A DNA stretch of 64,000 nt, taken from positions 544,001 through 608,000 of the forward strand of contig OY762007.1 of assembly GCA_963665115.1 (NCBI GenBank), read 5' to 3'. Positions within the stretch are counted from its first letter, which is position 1; each line of letters opens with the position of its first letter. Of the stretch, positions 33,528 through 43,290 are shown piece after piece. Made by a program: the position numbers and the translations under genes. Under the pieces are notes generated by a model. That model was not told the origin of the DNA. It ran no database searches and worked only from the letters and a program-made list of their open reading frames with translations. Source of the DNA: an uncultured Rivularia sp. Its GTDB lineage: Bacteria; Cyanobacteriota; Cyanobacteriia; Cyanobacteriales; Nostocaceae.

Positions 33528-33906
33528 TAGTATTGCGCCACATTAATTATCAGGGGTTATGAACGGATTAAAAAAAACCTTACTAGGGCGCAGAGTACGC
33601 GGAGGAAGAGGGAAAAGAGAATTAATTCGAGTATGAATAAATTTGATGTTACCTTATGTGGCGGAGTACTAATAGTCCTTTTCATTAATTCCGATGGGTT
33701 GTAGAGACGTTATACATAACGTCTCCCGAAGGTTATGGGAAAACGAACCATTCAGAATTTATGCAATCAACTACTAAGTACTTAGACAAAATTAATTGTA
33801 TATTTGTCATTGCGAGTAGAACGGAGTGAAACGACGCAACCGCAACACTCTGAGATTGTTTCGCTATCGCTCGCAATGACACAATTATTTTTGTCCACTT
33901 ACTTAG
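33528..33906. mobile_element. Stack of three abutting MITE-like inverted-repeat elements
   Basis: Imperfect end pairs: TAGTATTGCGCCACATTA/TTATGTGGCGGAGTACTA; TTCATTAATTCCGA/TCAGAATTTATGCAA enclosing a GTAGAGACG REP; AAGTACTTAGACAAAATTAATT/AATTATTTTTGTCCACTTACTT enclosing GTCATTGCGAG/CTCGCAATGAC. Confidence 0.6.
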
Positions 33907-33957
33907 TACTTCACCACATAACTTATGAGGGGTATTTACCAGTCCTCTTAAGAGGAC

Positions 33958-34765
33958 TTATGCTATATCCTCATACGCTTCTCCAACAGAACTATGATAA
34001 GCGCTTCGCCAATCTCCGGGAGTCATACCAAAGCTTTTGCGAAACATACGAAAGAAACACCACCTATTACGATATCCGACTGCTTCGGCAATGGCATCTA
34101 TTGATTGCTCTGTTTCCAAAAGTAGCGAACAGGCTGCTACCATTCGACGCTTGGTAATCCAGCGATGCACGCTATGTCCTGTCTTACGTCGGACTAGATC
34201 GGTTAGATAAGCCCCAGAGTAGCCAACTGACTGTGCCACCTCATGCAAACCAATCGGTTGATGATAATAAGCCTCGATAAAGTCGAAGATACTATTTAGC
34301 TCGGAGATAGATGGAAAGATTGACTTCGGGGCTGCTGGTTTCTACAGTTTCATCTGGAGGTATTTCCAACTCTTGCTGAATCTTAGCAGTGCTTTCTTCA
34401 AGGTTGATTTGCGATTCCAATCCGGTTGCAATCTCTCTCAGTAATTTCTTTGTCTTGGAGGACTTAGAGGGAGATTTATCTCTACTAGCCTTACCAGTCA
34501 GAGAATTAAAGGGAATTATTGCTACGGCAGTATTTTTTGATAGTGTAGTCAAGATGCTATAGTCATCCGGTTCCAGCATTTTAGTATCGCAAATCACCAA
34601 AATAGGCGATTGTTTCCGTGTCTGTTGGAAACTAACTTGACTATTTCCTTCACCAATAGCTTTGAACTCCTCTAGCTCTAGATATTCTAAAATCTTGTTT
34701 AGGAATTCTGAAAAGATTGTTTTGATTGTGGTATCGGCTTCTTTTAATTTCTCAATCTTCTTCAT
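33958..34765 (-). CDS. Degenerate receiver domain + AraC HTH regulator; +1 frameshift at ~34340
   Basis: REC-like PILVICD segment. One-base removal gives VEPAAPKSIFPSISELNSIFDFIEAYYHQPIGLHEVAQ leading into the AraC HTH (FRKSFGMTP). Confidence 0.7.
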
Positions 34766-34883
34766 TATTGTCTCCTCTAATTTTAAATATGATTCGACAA
34801 ATTCACATTCACTGCTTCACGATGCGTGCGGAAAACATTTTACACAAATGTAGTTTTATTTACTAAGACTCGATCGCGCTTTG

Positions 34884-35028
34884 GGCGTTGCTGAATTGAA
34901 CTATGAATTTATTTTTACTCGGCAGAATCAGCCCCCTCAATCCCCCAAACTTGGGGGAATAGCCAGTTATTTTTCTCCCCCAGAATTGGGGGTTGGAGGG
35001 CAATAATATATTTTGAATCAGCAACGCC
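34884..35028. mobile_element. 145-bp MITE with 8-bp target-site duplication
   Basis: TIRs GGCGTTGCTGA/TCAGCAACGCC; identical flanks GCGCTTTG at 34876-34883 and 35029-35036. Confidence 0.85.
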
Positions 35029-35243
35029 GCGCTTTGACCTCAGTACGACCAAAACGAACATTATTCATTGCCAGTTATACGGATATGAATGGATACAAAA
35101 CGCCGGTTTTTTTAACATTTGCGCTTATCCGTTATTCTTCAAAATCTTCTTCTATACATAATCTAGATTAATACTCATCCCTTCTCCTGTCTTTACACAA
35201 AAACGCTAAAGCTGTCACATTCCGACTCAATTTCAAAAATAAA

Positions 35244-36155
35244 CTACAACATCTTTCTATATTCAACAGGAGTGACTGACATCCGCTTCCGAAAAATCCT
35301 AGTAAGATGACTATGGCTATTAAAACCAGTACAATAGGCAATCTCAGCAATAGTTAAATTCGTGCTAGTTAATAACCTTGTTACTTCTTTCAATCGGCAC
35401 TCAATCAGGTATTGATGCGGAGTCATTCCAGTAGACTGCTTAAATTGTCTTCCAAAATGAGAAGAACTCATATTTACTGATTCAGCCAACTCAGCTATGC
35501 CAAAATCCTGGTTTAAATGGTTCCATATATAATCCGTTACTTGCTTGAATTTTTGCTGTGGAAGACCATCTGTATACTCTTTAATAGGTTGCTTTTTCGT
35601 AGAGTAATGCTCCACCAAATGAACTGCAAGTAATTGTGCAGCATATTCACCGTAAAGCCGACTAACAGATTCCGAATTTTCAAGTTCTGACTTTAGCTGT
35701 AACCCAATTTGATATATAAACGGATCTTGTTTTGCAAAATGCGGCAGAATTTCAATATCATCTGAACCATTTAATTCAGAAGTATTGCGGTTAATAAGTA
35801 TAGGTTCAAGACTTATCAGAATGAATTCAACATGATTACACCATGATGCTTTGTGAAGGACATTCGCAGGGTTTATTACAATATCACCTTTTTTGATATA
35901 TTCACCTTGAAATTTTCCATCAAGTTGACGCTCTACTGTTCTGATACAACTATTATGATGAACAACAATTACGTGCTGTAATGGTTTGCATTCAGGAACT
36001 TGATGAGCAGAATGTCGATGAAATTCAAGATTAATGTTATTCCATCCTGCATCATGACTTGAAATAATTGGCCCGGAAGAAAGAATCTGTAAGCTAGAAT
36101 CTTTTTTGCTGTAATCTAAAATTAAACTTTTTTCCATTGTAAAACTTTTTAACAA
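35244..36155 (-). CDS. AraC-family transcriptional regulator
   Basis: HFGRQFKQSTGMTPHQY and GFNSHSHLTRIFRK motifs. Confidence 0.9.
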   Translation of the reverse strand: MLKSFTMEKSLILDYSKKDSSLQILSSGPIISSHDAGWNNINLEFHRHSAHQVPECKPLQHVIVVHHNSCIRTVERQLDGKFQGEYIKKGDIVINPANVLHKASWCNHVEFILISLEPILINRNTSELNGSDDIEILPHFAKQDPFIYQIGLQLKSELENSESVSRLYGEYAAQLLAVHLVEHYSTKKQPIKEYTDGLPQQKFKQVTDYIWNHLNQDFGIAELAESVNMSSSHFGRQFKQSTGMTPHQYLIECRLKEVTRLLTSTNLTIAEIAYCTGFNSHSHLTRIFRKRMSVTPVEYRKML

Positions 36156-36294
36156 ATGGTTAAGTTAGTACGGGAGCAACAAGTAATAAAGCATTTATTG
36201 TCAAAAAAAGTAGATAGAAAATCTAATGAAATTACGTCAATAACAAAGTTAATTAAAAAAAACTTTGTGAAAGGAGCAAATGCAGAACCCCAAG

Positions 36295-36397
36295 CTAGTA
36301 AAGCACGGCGTAAGTAAGATACTCATCTGAAAATCTAATCTGAAGCATCAGTCTGAGTCTAAAAAATGGGTGCGCTATTTAAGCCGTGTGGTACTAG
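36295..36397. repeat. Small inverted-repeat element (CTAGTAAAGCACGGC...GCCGTGTGGTACTAG)
   Basis: Imperfect 15-bp terminal inverted repeats. Confidence 0.45.
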
Positions 36398-37182
36398 TCT
36401 TTGTCTTGGATCTATGCTCTTGTCTTGCATAAACTTCATGAACGGCACTTGGGCAAATTCAAGTTTCTTTTTTCAATCAATGCAAGGGACTTCTTTCATT
36501 TTTAGTACCCAGGGTAAAACTATTTGATTGCGTAATAGCTACGGTAATTAAAGTTATCTAGCGTTAAAAAGAACTGTTTGCGTATTTATCTCGATTATTT
36601 GCCAATGATGTTCCACAATATTTACCCCCATTCCAAGCGAGAGCAACTTTGGAAACGAAGATCTTTGCAAATAGAAAACAGCAAAAATTGTATCCCCTGT
36701 AGATTAATAGGACATCTGGTATAAATGGATGCTTAAATCACTGTCCTTGGTTCAAAACCTTGACTAGTAATTCACAAGGAAAATCTGTCTTTTATTGTGT
36801 TTTATGTCGATTTTTCAGATGAGAGCTATCAAATTCAATAGCGACTGCACAAGTCTACTTCCTTCAAAACATAAAATTTGTACTGAGTCGGTATTTTCGC
36901 AGCTTTCTTCATTTTTCATATTTACTTATATTGATGACATAATGCTAGCCAACTAGCATAAATTGTTTCAATAGAGTTGATTAGGGTGCGGTAGTAAGCG
37001 CTATTTTTTATATTTTGTGTGGAGGCTGGGCGTGGGGTAACATACGCCACGATTTCCCCAATTGGCAGACAGTATATTATTAATGCACGTAAATGGTGTG
37101 AGATGAATTGCGGTTGAAGGTGAAATCATCCAGATGATCAAAATGATTATAACTTTTTGTACATAACCCTTGACAAATAATC

Positions 37183-37217
37183 GCGATAAGCCTCCGGCTT
37201 GACGCTTTGCGTATCGC
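37183..37217. repeat. Small dispersed repeat interrupting a HIP1 site
   Basis: GCGATAAGCCTCCGGCTTGACGCTTTGCGTATCGC is GCGATCGC with a 27-nt two-hairpin insert. Confidence 0.55.
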
Positions 37218-37482
37218 AATGCTCCTAATCATGAAAATTAATTACCCATTTATCGATGGAGACTGAATTAAGAAGTTAACTAAAGCCTGTATAAATTAAA
37301 TTTTGATTTTACACAATTGAATTAATTTTTATTTAACTTAGACAAACAGTTGCCAATGTACCTTGCATTTCGCTAGAATCTGTAGGCTTTAGGTAAGCAG
37401 TTGGGATAATCATGGCTGTTCGCCTACAGTGCCCTAACAACACCCAAGGGTTGCTTGATATTACAGTAAATAGAGAAGGATA

Positions 37483-37947
37483 TTGATGGCGAAACGCATA
37501 CAGTTAGTTTTAAATGAAGATGTCTACAAATTAGGGAAATTTGGCGATTTAATCGAAGTAGCCCCTGGTTATGCTCGTAATTACTTGCTTCCTAAAAATT
37601 TGGCAACCTTTGTAACCCCCGGTATTCTCAAGCAAGTTGAACGTCGCAGAGAATTAGAACGTCAGCGTCAAGAAGAATTGAAGCAAAAAGCCCTTGAACA
37701 GAAAGCAGCTTTAGAAAAAGTTGGTAGCTTCAAAATTGCTAAACAAGTTGGTGAAAACAACGCGATTTTTGGTACAGTAACTACCCAAGATGTAGCTGAT
37801 ATCATCCAAGGTTCGACTGAAATGGAAGTTGATAAACGCGGTATTACTATTCCAGATATTAGTAGTTTGGGTACTTATCAAGGTGAAATTAAACTACATT
37901 CTGACGTAAGCGCGACACTCAATATTGAAGTTGTTGCCAGCGAGTGA
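37483..37947 (+). CDS. rplI: 50S ribosomal protein L9
   Basis: [21 protein letters not shown] and FGTVTTQD motifs. Confidence 0.97.
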   Translation: MMAKRIQLVLNEDVYKLGKFGDLIEVAPGYARNYLLPKNLATFVTPGILKQVERRRELERQRQEELKQKALEQKAALEKVGSFKIAKQVGENNAIFGTVTTQDVADIIQGSTEMEVDKRGITIPDISSLGTYQGEIKLHSDVSATLNIEVVASE

Positions 37948-38186
37948 TTTTAATTTATGATTTATTTTTGAAAATTTGTTACTACGGTTTATCGCGGGAA
38001 ACCATAGATGCATTTGATACATTTGTATTTTTCGATTAAATCTATGGTTTAATTATTTCAAAATTATTCATTATGTGTAGAGACGTTGCGCCGCAGTGTC
38101 TCTACATATTATTTGAGGACTATTTACACTATAAGTGTAGTAGTTCACTTGTTCTATTTTTATTATCAAATATATCTCACGAGTTT

Positions 38187-40797
38187 ATGTCTGAAGAATT
38201 AAATTTTCAAGGGAATGCCGATCGCCTCCCACCACAAAATATAGAAGCAGAAGAAGCTATATTAGGCGGAATTTTACTAGATCCTGAAGCTATTAGCAGA
38301 ATTAGCGACACTCTCAAACCAGAAGCTTTTTATATCGGCGCTCATAAAGATATCTATTCGGGAATGCTACAGCTTCAGACTCAAAGTAAGCCCACCGATT
38401 TACTTTCGGTGATTAGCTGGCTCAAAGATCGCGAACTACTTGAGAAAGTTGGCGGTAGAAATAAATTAGCCTCCTTGGTAGATAGAACTGTTTCAGCAGT
38501 CAATATTGACGCTTTAGCAGCCTTAGTAGTGGAAAAGTATCGACGGCGACAGTTAATTAGAGCCGGTAACGAGATAGTTACATTAGGTTACGAAACCGAG
38601 ACAGAATTTCGTACCGTTATCGACAAAGCAGAACAAAAGGTTTTTGGAATCGCTCAAGCCCGCAATACCAGCGGCTTAGTTCATATTTCCAATACCCTGA
38701 TTAATACTTTCACAGATATAGAAGAACGGCATGAAGGCGTAGCATTACCGGGTATTCCCTGCGGATTCTACGATTTGGATGCAATGACTAGCGGATTTGG
38801 ACGTTCAGACTTAATTATCATCGCCGGTCGTCCGTCAATGGGAAAATGTTTACAAGAAGATACAGAATTAGTGTTGAGTGACGGTAGTATTTCCACAATT
38901 AAGGAAATATATAACAATCGGGAAGCAGAATTGCTGACACTGCACAAGAATTGGAAATTTCGCCTTACCAAGCCCGAAGCATTTATTGATGATGGGATTA
39001 AGCCAGTATTTGGCGTTAAAACTCGTTTGGGAAAATATATTGAGACAACTATTACCCATCCTTACTTAACTATTAACGGATGGCGAAAACTTTCCGAATT
39101 GAAAATAGGCGATAAAATTGCCGTACCTCGGAAGATAAATGTATTTGGTACGCATCAGATTCGCGAATGTGAAGTTAAATTATTAGCCTATTTAATCGGT
39201 GATGGTTGTTTAACCGATACAGTACCCAAATTTAATAATATAAATCCTTCGATTCAGGAAGATTTTACTGCTTCAGTTACGGAATTTTCTTCTCAATTAA
39301 GAATTACCGAGAAAAAACGCTCCAAGCGATCGCCAATGCTTTATGTTGAGATGTCTTCCGAAAAAGACAACCCTCTTATCCTGTGGCTGCAAGAATTAGA
39401 GTTATGGGGTAAAAAAGCCGACGAAAAAACACTTCCTGGTTTTATCTTTAAATTAGAGCGTCAGCAACTGGCTCTATTTATAAATCGCTTATTTGCTACA
39501 GATGGTTGGGCTAGCGTACTTAAAAGCGGTCAAGTTTCAGCTAGGTTATTACAGCGTTAGCGAAAAATTAGCGCAACAGGTACAGCATTTATTGTTAAGA
39601 TTCGGGATTATTTCAGTATTAAAAACCCGGTTGATTAAATATAAAGATACCCGTCGGGAAGCTTGGCAACTCGATATTACTAATGCTCGTGCGATCAAAA
39701 ACTTTGTATCAGAAATTGGTATTTTTGGAAAACAAGAAGTATTGTGCCAAGTTAAAGTAGCATTAACGCACAAAAGATATCAAACAAATCGCGATCTGAT
39801 ACCCATAGAAGTTTGGAAACAGCTAGCAGTAGCAAAAGAAGAAGAAACCTGGACGGGGTTAGCTAAACGGGCTGGAATAAAAGGGTATTCAAATATTCAT
39901 GTTGGCAAACGTGCTTTATCGCGAGACAGGCTTTTCTTATTAGCAACAGCATTAGAAAATTTAAAGTTACAGCAGTTAGCAAATAGCGATATATATTGGG
40001 ATGAAATTGTTTCTATAGAACCTATGGGAAACAAACAAGTTTACGATTTGACAATTCCAGACACCCATAATTTTGTTGCCAACGATATTTGCGTACACAA
40101 CACCGCATTTTGTCTTAACATCGCTCATAATGTCGCATCCTTGTATAAGCTACCAGTTGCTGTTTTTAGCTTAGAAATGTCAAAAGATCAGTTGGTGCAA
40201 AGATTATTATCCAGCGAAGCAGAAATAGAAAGTAGTTATTTAAGAACTGGGCGTATTAGTCAAACCCAATGGGAACCATTAAGTCGTGCAATTAGCGTAC
40301 TTTCAGAAATGCCGATCTTTATTGACGACACCCCAAACATTACAGTCACAGAAATGCGTAGTCAGGCTAGAAGATTGCAAGCAGAAGCCGGTACGGACAT
40401 CGGTTTAGTAATTATTGATTACCTACAATTAATGGAAGGTGGTGGAGATAACCGCGTACAAGAACTATCAAAAATTACGAGGAGTATTAAAGGATTAGCA
40501 AGAGAATTGGGCGCTCCAGTAATAGCATTATCTCAGTTGAGTAGGGGCGTGGAAGCCCGGACAAACAAACGTCCAATGCTCTCAGACTTGAGAGAAAGTG
40601 GAAGTATCGAACAAGATGCCGACCTAGTAGCAATGCTGTATCGCGATGAATATTATAATACCGACAGTCCCGACAGAGGAATTGCAGAAGTCATAATTGC
40701 CAAACATCGAAACGGCCCCACCGGAATTGTTAAATTACTATTCGATCCGCAATTTACCAAATTCAAAAACTTAGCAAAACCCAGTCATTATTCTTAA
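38187..40797 (+). CDS. dnaB: Replicative DNA helicase DnaB with intein; +1 frameshift at ~39536 inside the intein
   Basis: PPQNIEAEEAILG, Walker A GRPSMGK|T split by the intein, IDYLQL, SQLSR, DLRESGSIEQDAD. Confidence 0.95.
38847..40101 (+). mobile_element. Intein with LAGLIDADG homing endonuclease in the DnaB P-loop
   Basis: Starts CLQEDT, ends HNFVANDICVHN followed by Thr; blocks LLAYLIGDG and FINRLFATDG. 1255 nt equals 418 codons plus 1 extra base. Confidence 0.92.
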
Positions 40798-40878
40798 TTG
40801 GGAATAGGGGATTGGGGATTGGAAATAGATCATTATAAGTTAGGAATTATAGATTTATAGTCATTCCAATTAATTTCC

Positions 40879-40929
40879 GTAGTGCGTTAGCGAAGCGTGT
40901 CTGAAAGACAAGCTTCGCTAACGCACTAC
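40879..40929. repeat. GTAG-tagged palindrome GTAGTGCGTTAGCGAAGC...GCTTCGCTAACGCACTAC
   Basis: 18-bp perfect inverted arms. Confidence 0.75.
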
Positions 40930-40993
40930 AAATCAATCGGTTTCTATTTAGAATCGCTATACCTTTAATTTTTAACTTCTTTTCTAATAATAT

Positions 40994-41030
40994 AAAAAGC
41001 CTGGTTTCTTTCAAGAGAACCAGGCTTTTT
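40994..41030. terminator. Bidirectional rho-independent terminator between convergent dnaB and FKBP genes
   Basis: AAAAAGCCTGGTT...AACCAGGCTTTTT. Confidence 0.7.
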
Positions 41031-41105
41031 AAAACTTTGAAATGTTTAAACTTTTCAGAAGATGTTACCAATGCCCAATCCCCAATGCCCGATGCCCAAT
41101 GCCTA

Positions 41106-41642
41106 TTAACTAACTCCTAATAATTCCACATCAAAAATTAAAGTTGCGTTAGGGGGAATAACACCACCCGCACCGCGAGAGCCATAACCCAAGTCTGGGG
41201 GGATGATTAATTTACGACGACCGCCAACTTTCATAATGCCGAGTCCTTCATCCCAACCCTTGATTACCTGTCCTTGACCGATTGTAAACTGGAAAGGTTG
41301 ACCGCGATCGCGAGAGCTATCAAACTTAGTTCCGTCCTCCAAAGTACCCGTGTAGTGAACGGTTACAGTTTGTCCGGCTTTAGGAGTTTCTCCGGTTCCT
41401 TCCTTGATAACTTCGTACTTTAATCCCGAAGGAGTAGTAACTGCGTCAGACATATTATCGCTCGCTTTTGTAGTGGTACTATCAGCTACTGTAGTAGAAG
41501 CTGGTGATTCTTGAATAGTGTTTTGTGAAGCATTAGTCTCGGGTGCTTCAGTCGAAACTTGAGCGCATCCGAAAAATACAACACAAAGTAACACGAAACC
41601 CACACGCTTAAAAATTGCCTTCAATTGAGGTATCCTTCCCAT
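41106..41642 (-). CDS. FKBP-type peptidyl-prolyl isomerase with lipoprotein-like signal (start uncertain)
   Basis: [31 protein letters not shown] and [14 protein letters not shown] motifs. Confidence 0.93.
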   Translation of the reverse strand: MGRIPQLKAIFKRVGFVLLCVVFFGCAQVSTEAPETNASQNTIQESPASTTVADSTTTKASDNMSDAVTTPSGLKYEVIKEGTGETPKAGQTVTVHYTGTLEDGTKFDSSRDRGQPFQFTIGQGQVIKGWDEGLGIMKVGGRRKLIIPPDLGYGSRGAGGVIPPNATLIFDVELLGVS

Positions 41643-41803
41643 AGTTTCATATTCCAAAAATAGGATTACCAATAGAACAAAACTTAGTGTAAATCACAAC
41701 AGCGAACAATGAACAATTGTTAAGGTCAAAGGTTAAAGGTTAAAGGTCAAAAGTAAATATATAAAAGCCTCCCCATCCCCTTTGTCCCCTTGTCCCCCTC
41801 TTC

Positions 41804-42127
41804 CTATTTCCAAAGTTTATTTTCCAAATCGCGCACTTGACGCTCTAAACGGTCAATTCTACCGCGCAATTCGTCTACTTCCGACTGACGCGCAACTCCC
41901 AAATCTTGCAGCATATTTTTCATTTGTCGCTGCATATTTTTATCCCAGTTGCCCTGCTCGGACTTCAACTCCTGTACCACATCATCCATAACAGCTTTCG
42001 CTTGTTCTGGATCGAGTTTGCCATCTTTAACTAATTGCTCGCTGGCTTCCTTAATTTTGTCGGCAACTACCGAAGTTGTACCGATACCGAGCATCAACAA
42101 TTGTTGCATCCAGTTATTGTTTTCCAT
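41804..42127 (-). CDS. Phasin-family / coiled-coil protein
   Basis: LMLGIG, LVKDGKL and EVDELRGRIDRLE pattern. Confidence 0.7.
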   Translation of the reverse strand: MENNNWMQQLLMLGIGTTSVVADKIKEASEQLVKDGKLDPEQAKAVMDDVVQELKSEQGNWDKNMQRQMKNMLQDLGVARQSEVDELRGRIDRLERQVRDLENKLWK

Positions 42128-42257
42128 ACCGCTCTCCTATTAGTTCTCCCTTTATTTTCCCGGTTAGCCCTTGTTAACAATAAAGCTATGCTGGGAATTA
42201 AACTTTAGCAAATATGCTAATTCTATTGTCGCAAAGTAGCACGGAGAATGAACGCAG

Positions 42258-42569
42258 GTGGTAATTGAGTTACTTAAGTTTAAAATAGCGGCTAAACAGC
42301 GGGAAAAATACATCCAAAGAGACGCTGAAATTTGGACAACAGCCCTGGTAAACTATCCCGGATTTTTAGGAAAAGAACTGTGGATCAACCCAAATGACCC
42401 CACAGAGCTTGTCATGGTGATTCGCTGGGAAACCCGAGAGCAGTGGAAATCGATTCTTCAAGAAGAAGTAGACGCTATTACCGAAAAGTTTGATAAAGAC
42501 TTGGGATTTACTTACGAGATGGTAGAGTCATCCGAATATCAGGTACGGAAATTTCCCAATAAGGATTAA
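42258..42569 (+). CDS. Conserved cyanobacterial ABM-fold protein (TIGR03792-like)
   Basis: VIELLKF, PGFLGKELW and IRWETREQWKS motifs. Confidence 0.75.
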   Translation: MVIELLKFKIAAKQREKYIQRDAEIWTTALVNYPGFLGKELWINPNDPTELVMVIRWETREQWKSILQEEVDAITEKFDKDLGFTYEMVESSEYQVRKFPNKD

Positions 42570-42691
42570 TTAAGAGCTAGGAGTTAGGAGTTAGTAATTA
42601 GGAATTAGGAATAATTTATTTTAAGCAGAGAATAAAATTGAAATAATTCGGAATTATAGGAAGATGAGGAAAGACAATGTAAATCGATAAT

Positions 42692-42896
42692 ATGCCTAAG
42701 AAAATCAGGATTTACTAGTCGCTCAGGAAAAGGCAGTCATACAAACTGGTATCATCCTTTACTGCTAGGAAAAGTAACTTTATCAGGTAAAGACGGTTCT
42801 GATGCCAAAGCTTATCAAGAGAAAGATGTTAATAATGCAATTGCAAAAATAGAAGACATAGGAAACTCTATAGAAACAGAAGAGGAAGAAGAATAA
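42692..42896 (+). pseudogene. hicA: HicA toxin gene disrupted by an internal deletion/frameshift
   Basis: ATG MPKKIR then stop. The shifted frame encodes GFTSRSGKGSHTNWYHPLL...SGKDGSDAKAYQEKDV and ends just before hicB. Confidence 0.75.
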
Positions 42897-42898
42897 TT

Positions 42899-43123
42899 AT
42901 GAATTCTCAATACACGGTAGTTATTCAATGGTCTAACGAAGATAATTGTTACATTGTGAGTCTTCCTGAATGGGGGGAGTTTTGTCACACCCACGGCGAT
43001 ACTTATGAGGAAGCAGTAAAAAATGCTCAAGAGGTGTTAGAAATGCTGATTGAGTCAGCATTAGAAGATGGCGAAACTTTACCAGAGCCTAAAACATGGG
43101 GACAATCATTTAAAGTTGCATAG
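42899..43123 (+). CDS. hicB: HicB-family antitoxin
   Basis: YIVSLPEW, HTHGDTYEEAVKNAQE and LPEP motifs. Confidence 0.88.
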   Translation: MNSQYTVVIQWSNEDNCYIVSLPEWGEFCHTHGDTYEEAVKNAQEVLEMLIESALEDGETLPEPKTWGQSFKVA

Positions 43124-43161
43124 ATTAAAAATAATACAAAATATCAAAAAAATGTAGAGAC

Positions 43162-43271
43162 GTAGCAATGCTACGTCTCCAAAAATTTATGCATCATGCT
43201 GTAAGATAGCTTGACCTGCAAAACCGAATACAGTAGCAATGCTACGTCTCCAAAAATTTATGCATCATGCT
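43162..43271. repeat. Perfect 39-bp direct repeat flanking a 32-bp unique insert
   Basis: GTAGCAATGCTACGTCTCCAAAAATTTATGCATCATGCT at 43162-43200 and 43233-43271. Confidence 0.9.
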
Positions 43272-43290
43272 AACAATACATACTAATTAC

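Noticed and set aside
33804..34157. 117-aa plus-strand ORF and other short antisense ORFs (e.g. 5735-6097, 58452-58754, 63590-63841)
   Set aside because: They lie opposite well-supported genes or run through repeats and show no motifs.
36400..37180. Possible gene remnant or ncRNA in the long intergenic region before rplI
   Set aside because: No recognisable reading frame or RNA motif could be supported by eye.
38073..38186. N-terminal extension of DnaB in the ORF track
   Set aside because: It overlaps a REP palindrome; DnaB-like sequence starts at ATG 38187.
39493..39560. Naturally split intein or programmed frameshift in dnaB
   Set aside because: The break lies mid-endonuclease, has no convincing independent start, and is repaired by deleting one T.
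43162..43271. Bona fide CRISPR array
   Set aside because: Only two repeats, no leader or cas genes, and the repeat derives from local REP sequence; kept only as a speculative finding.
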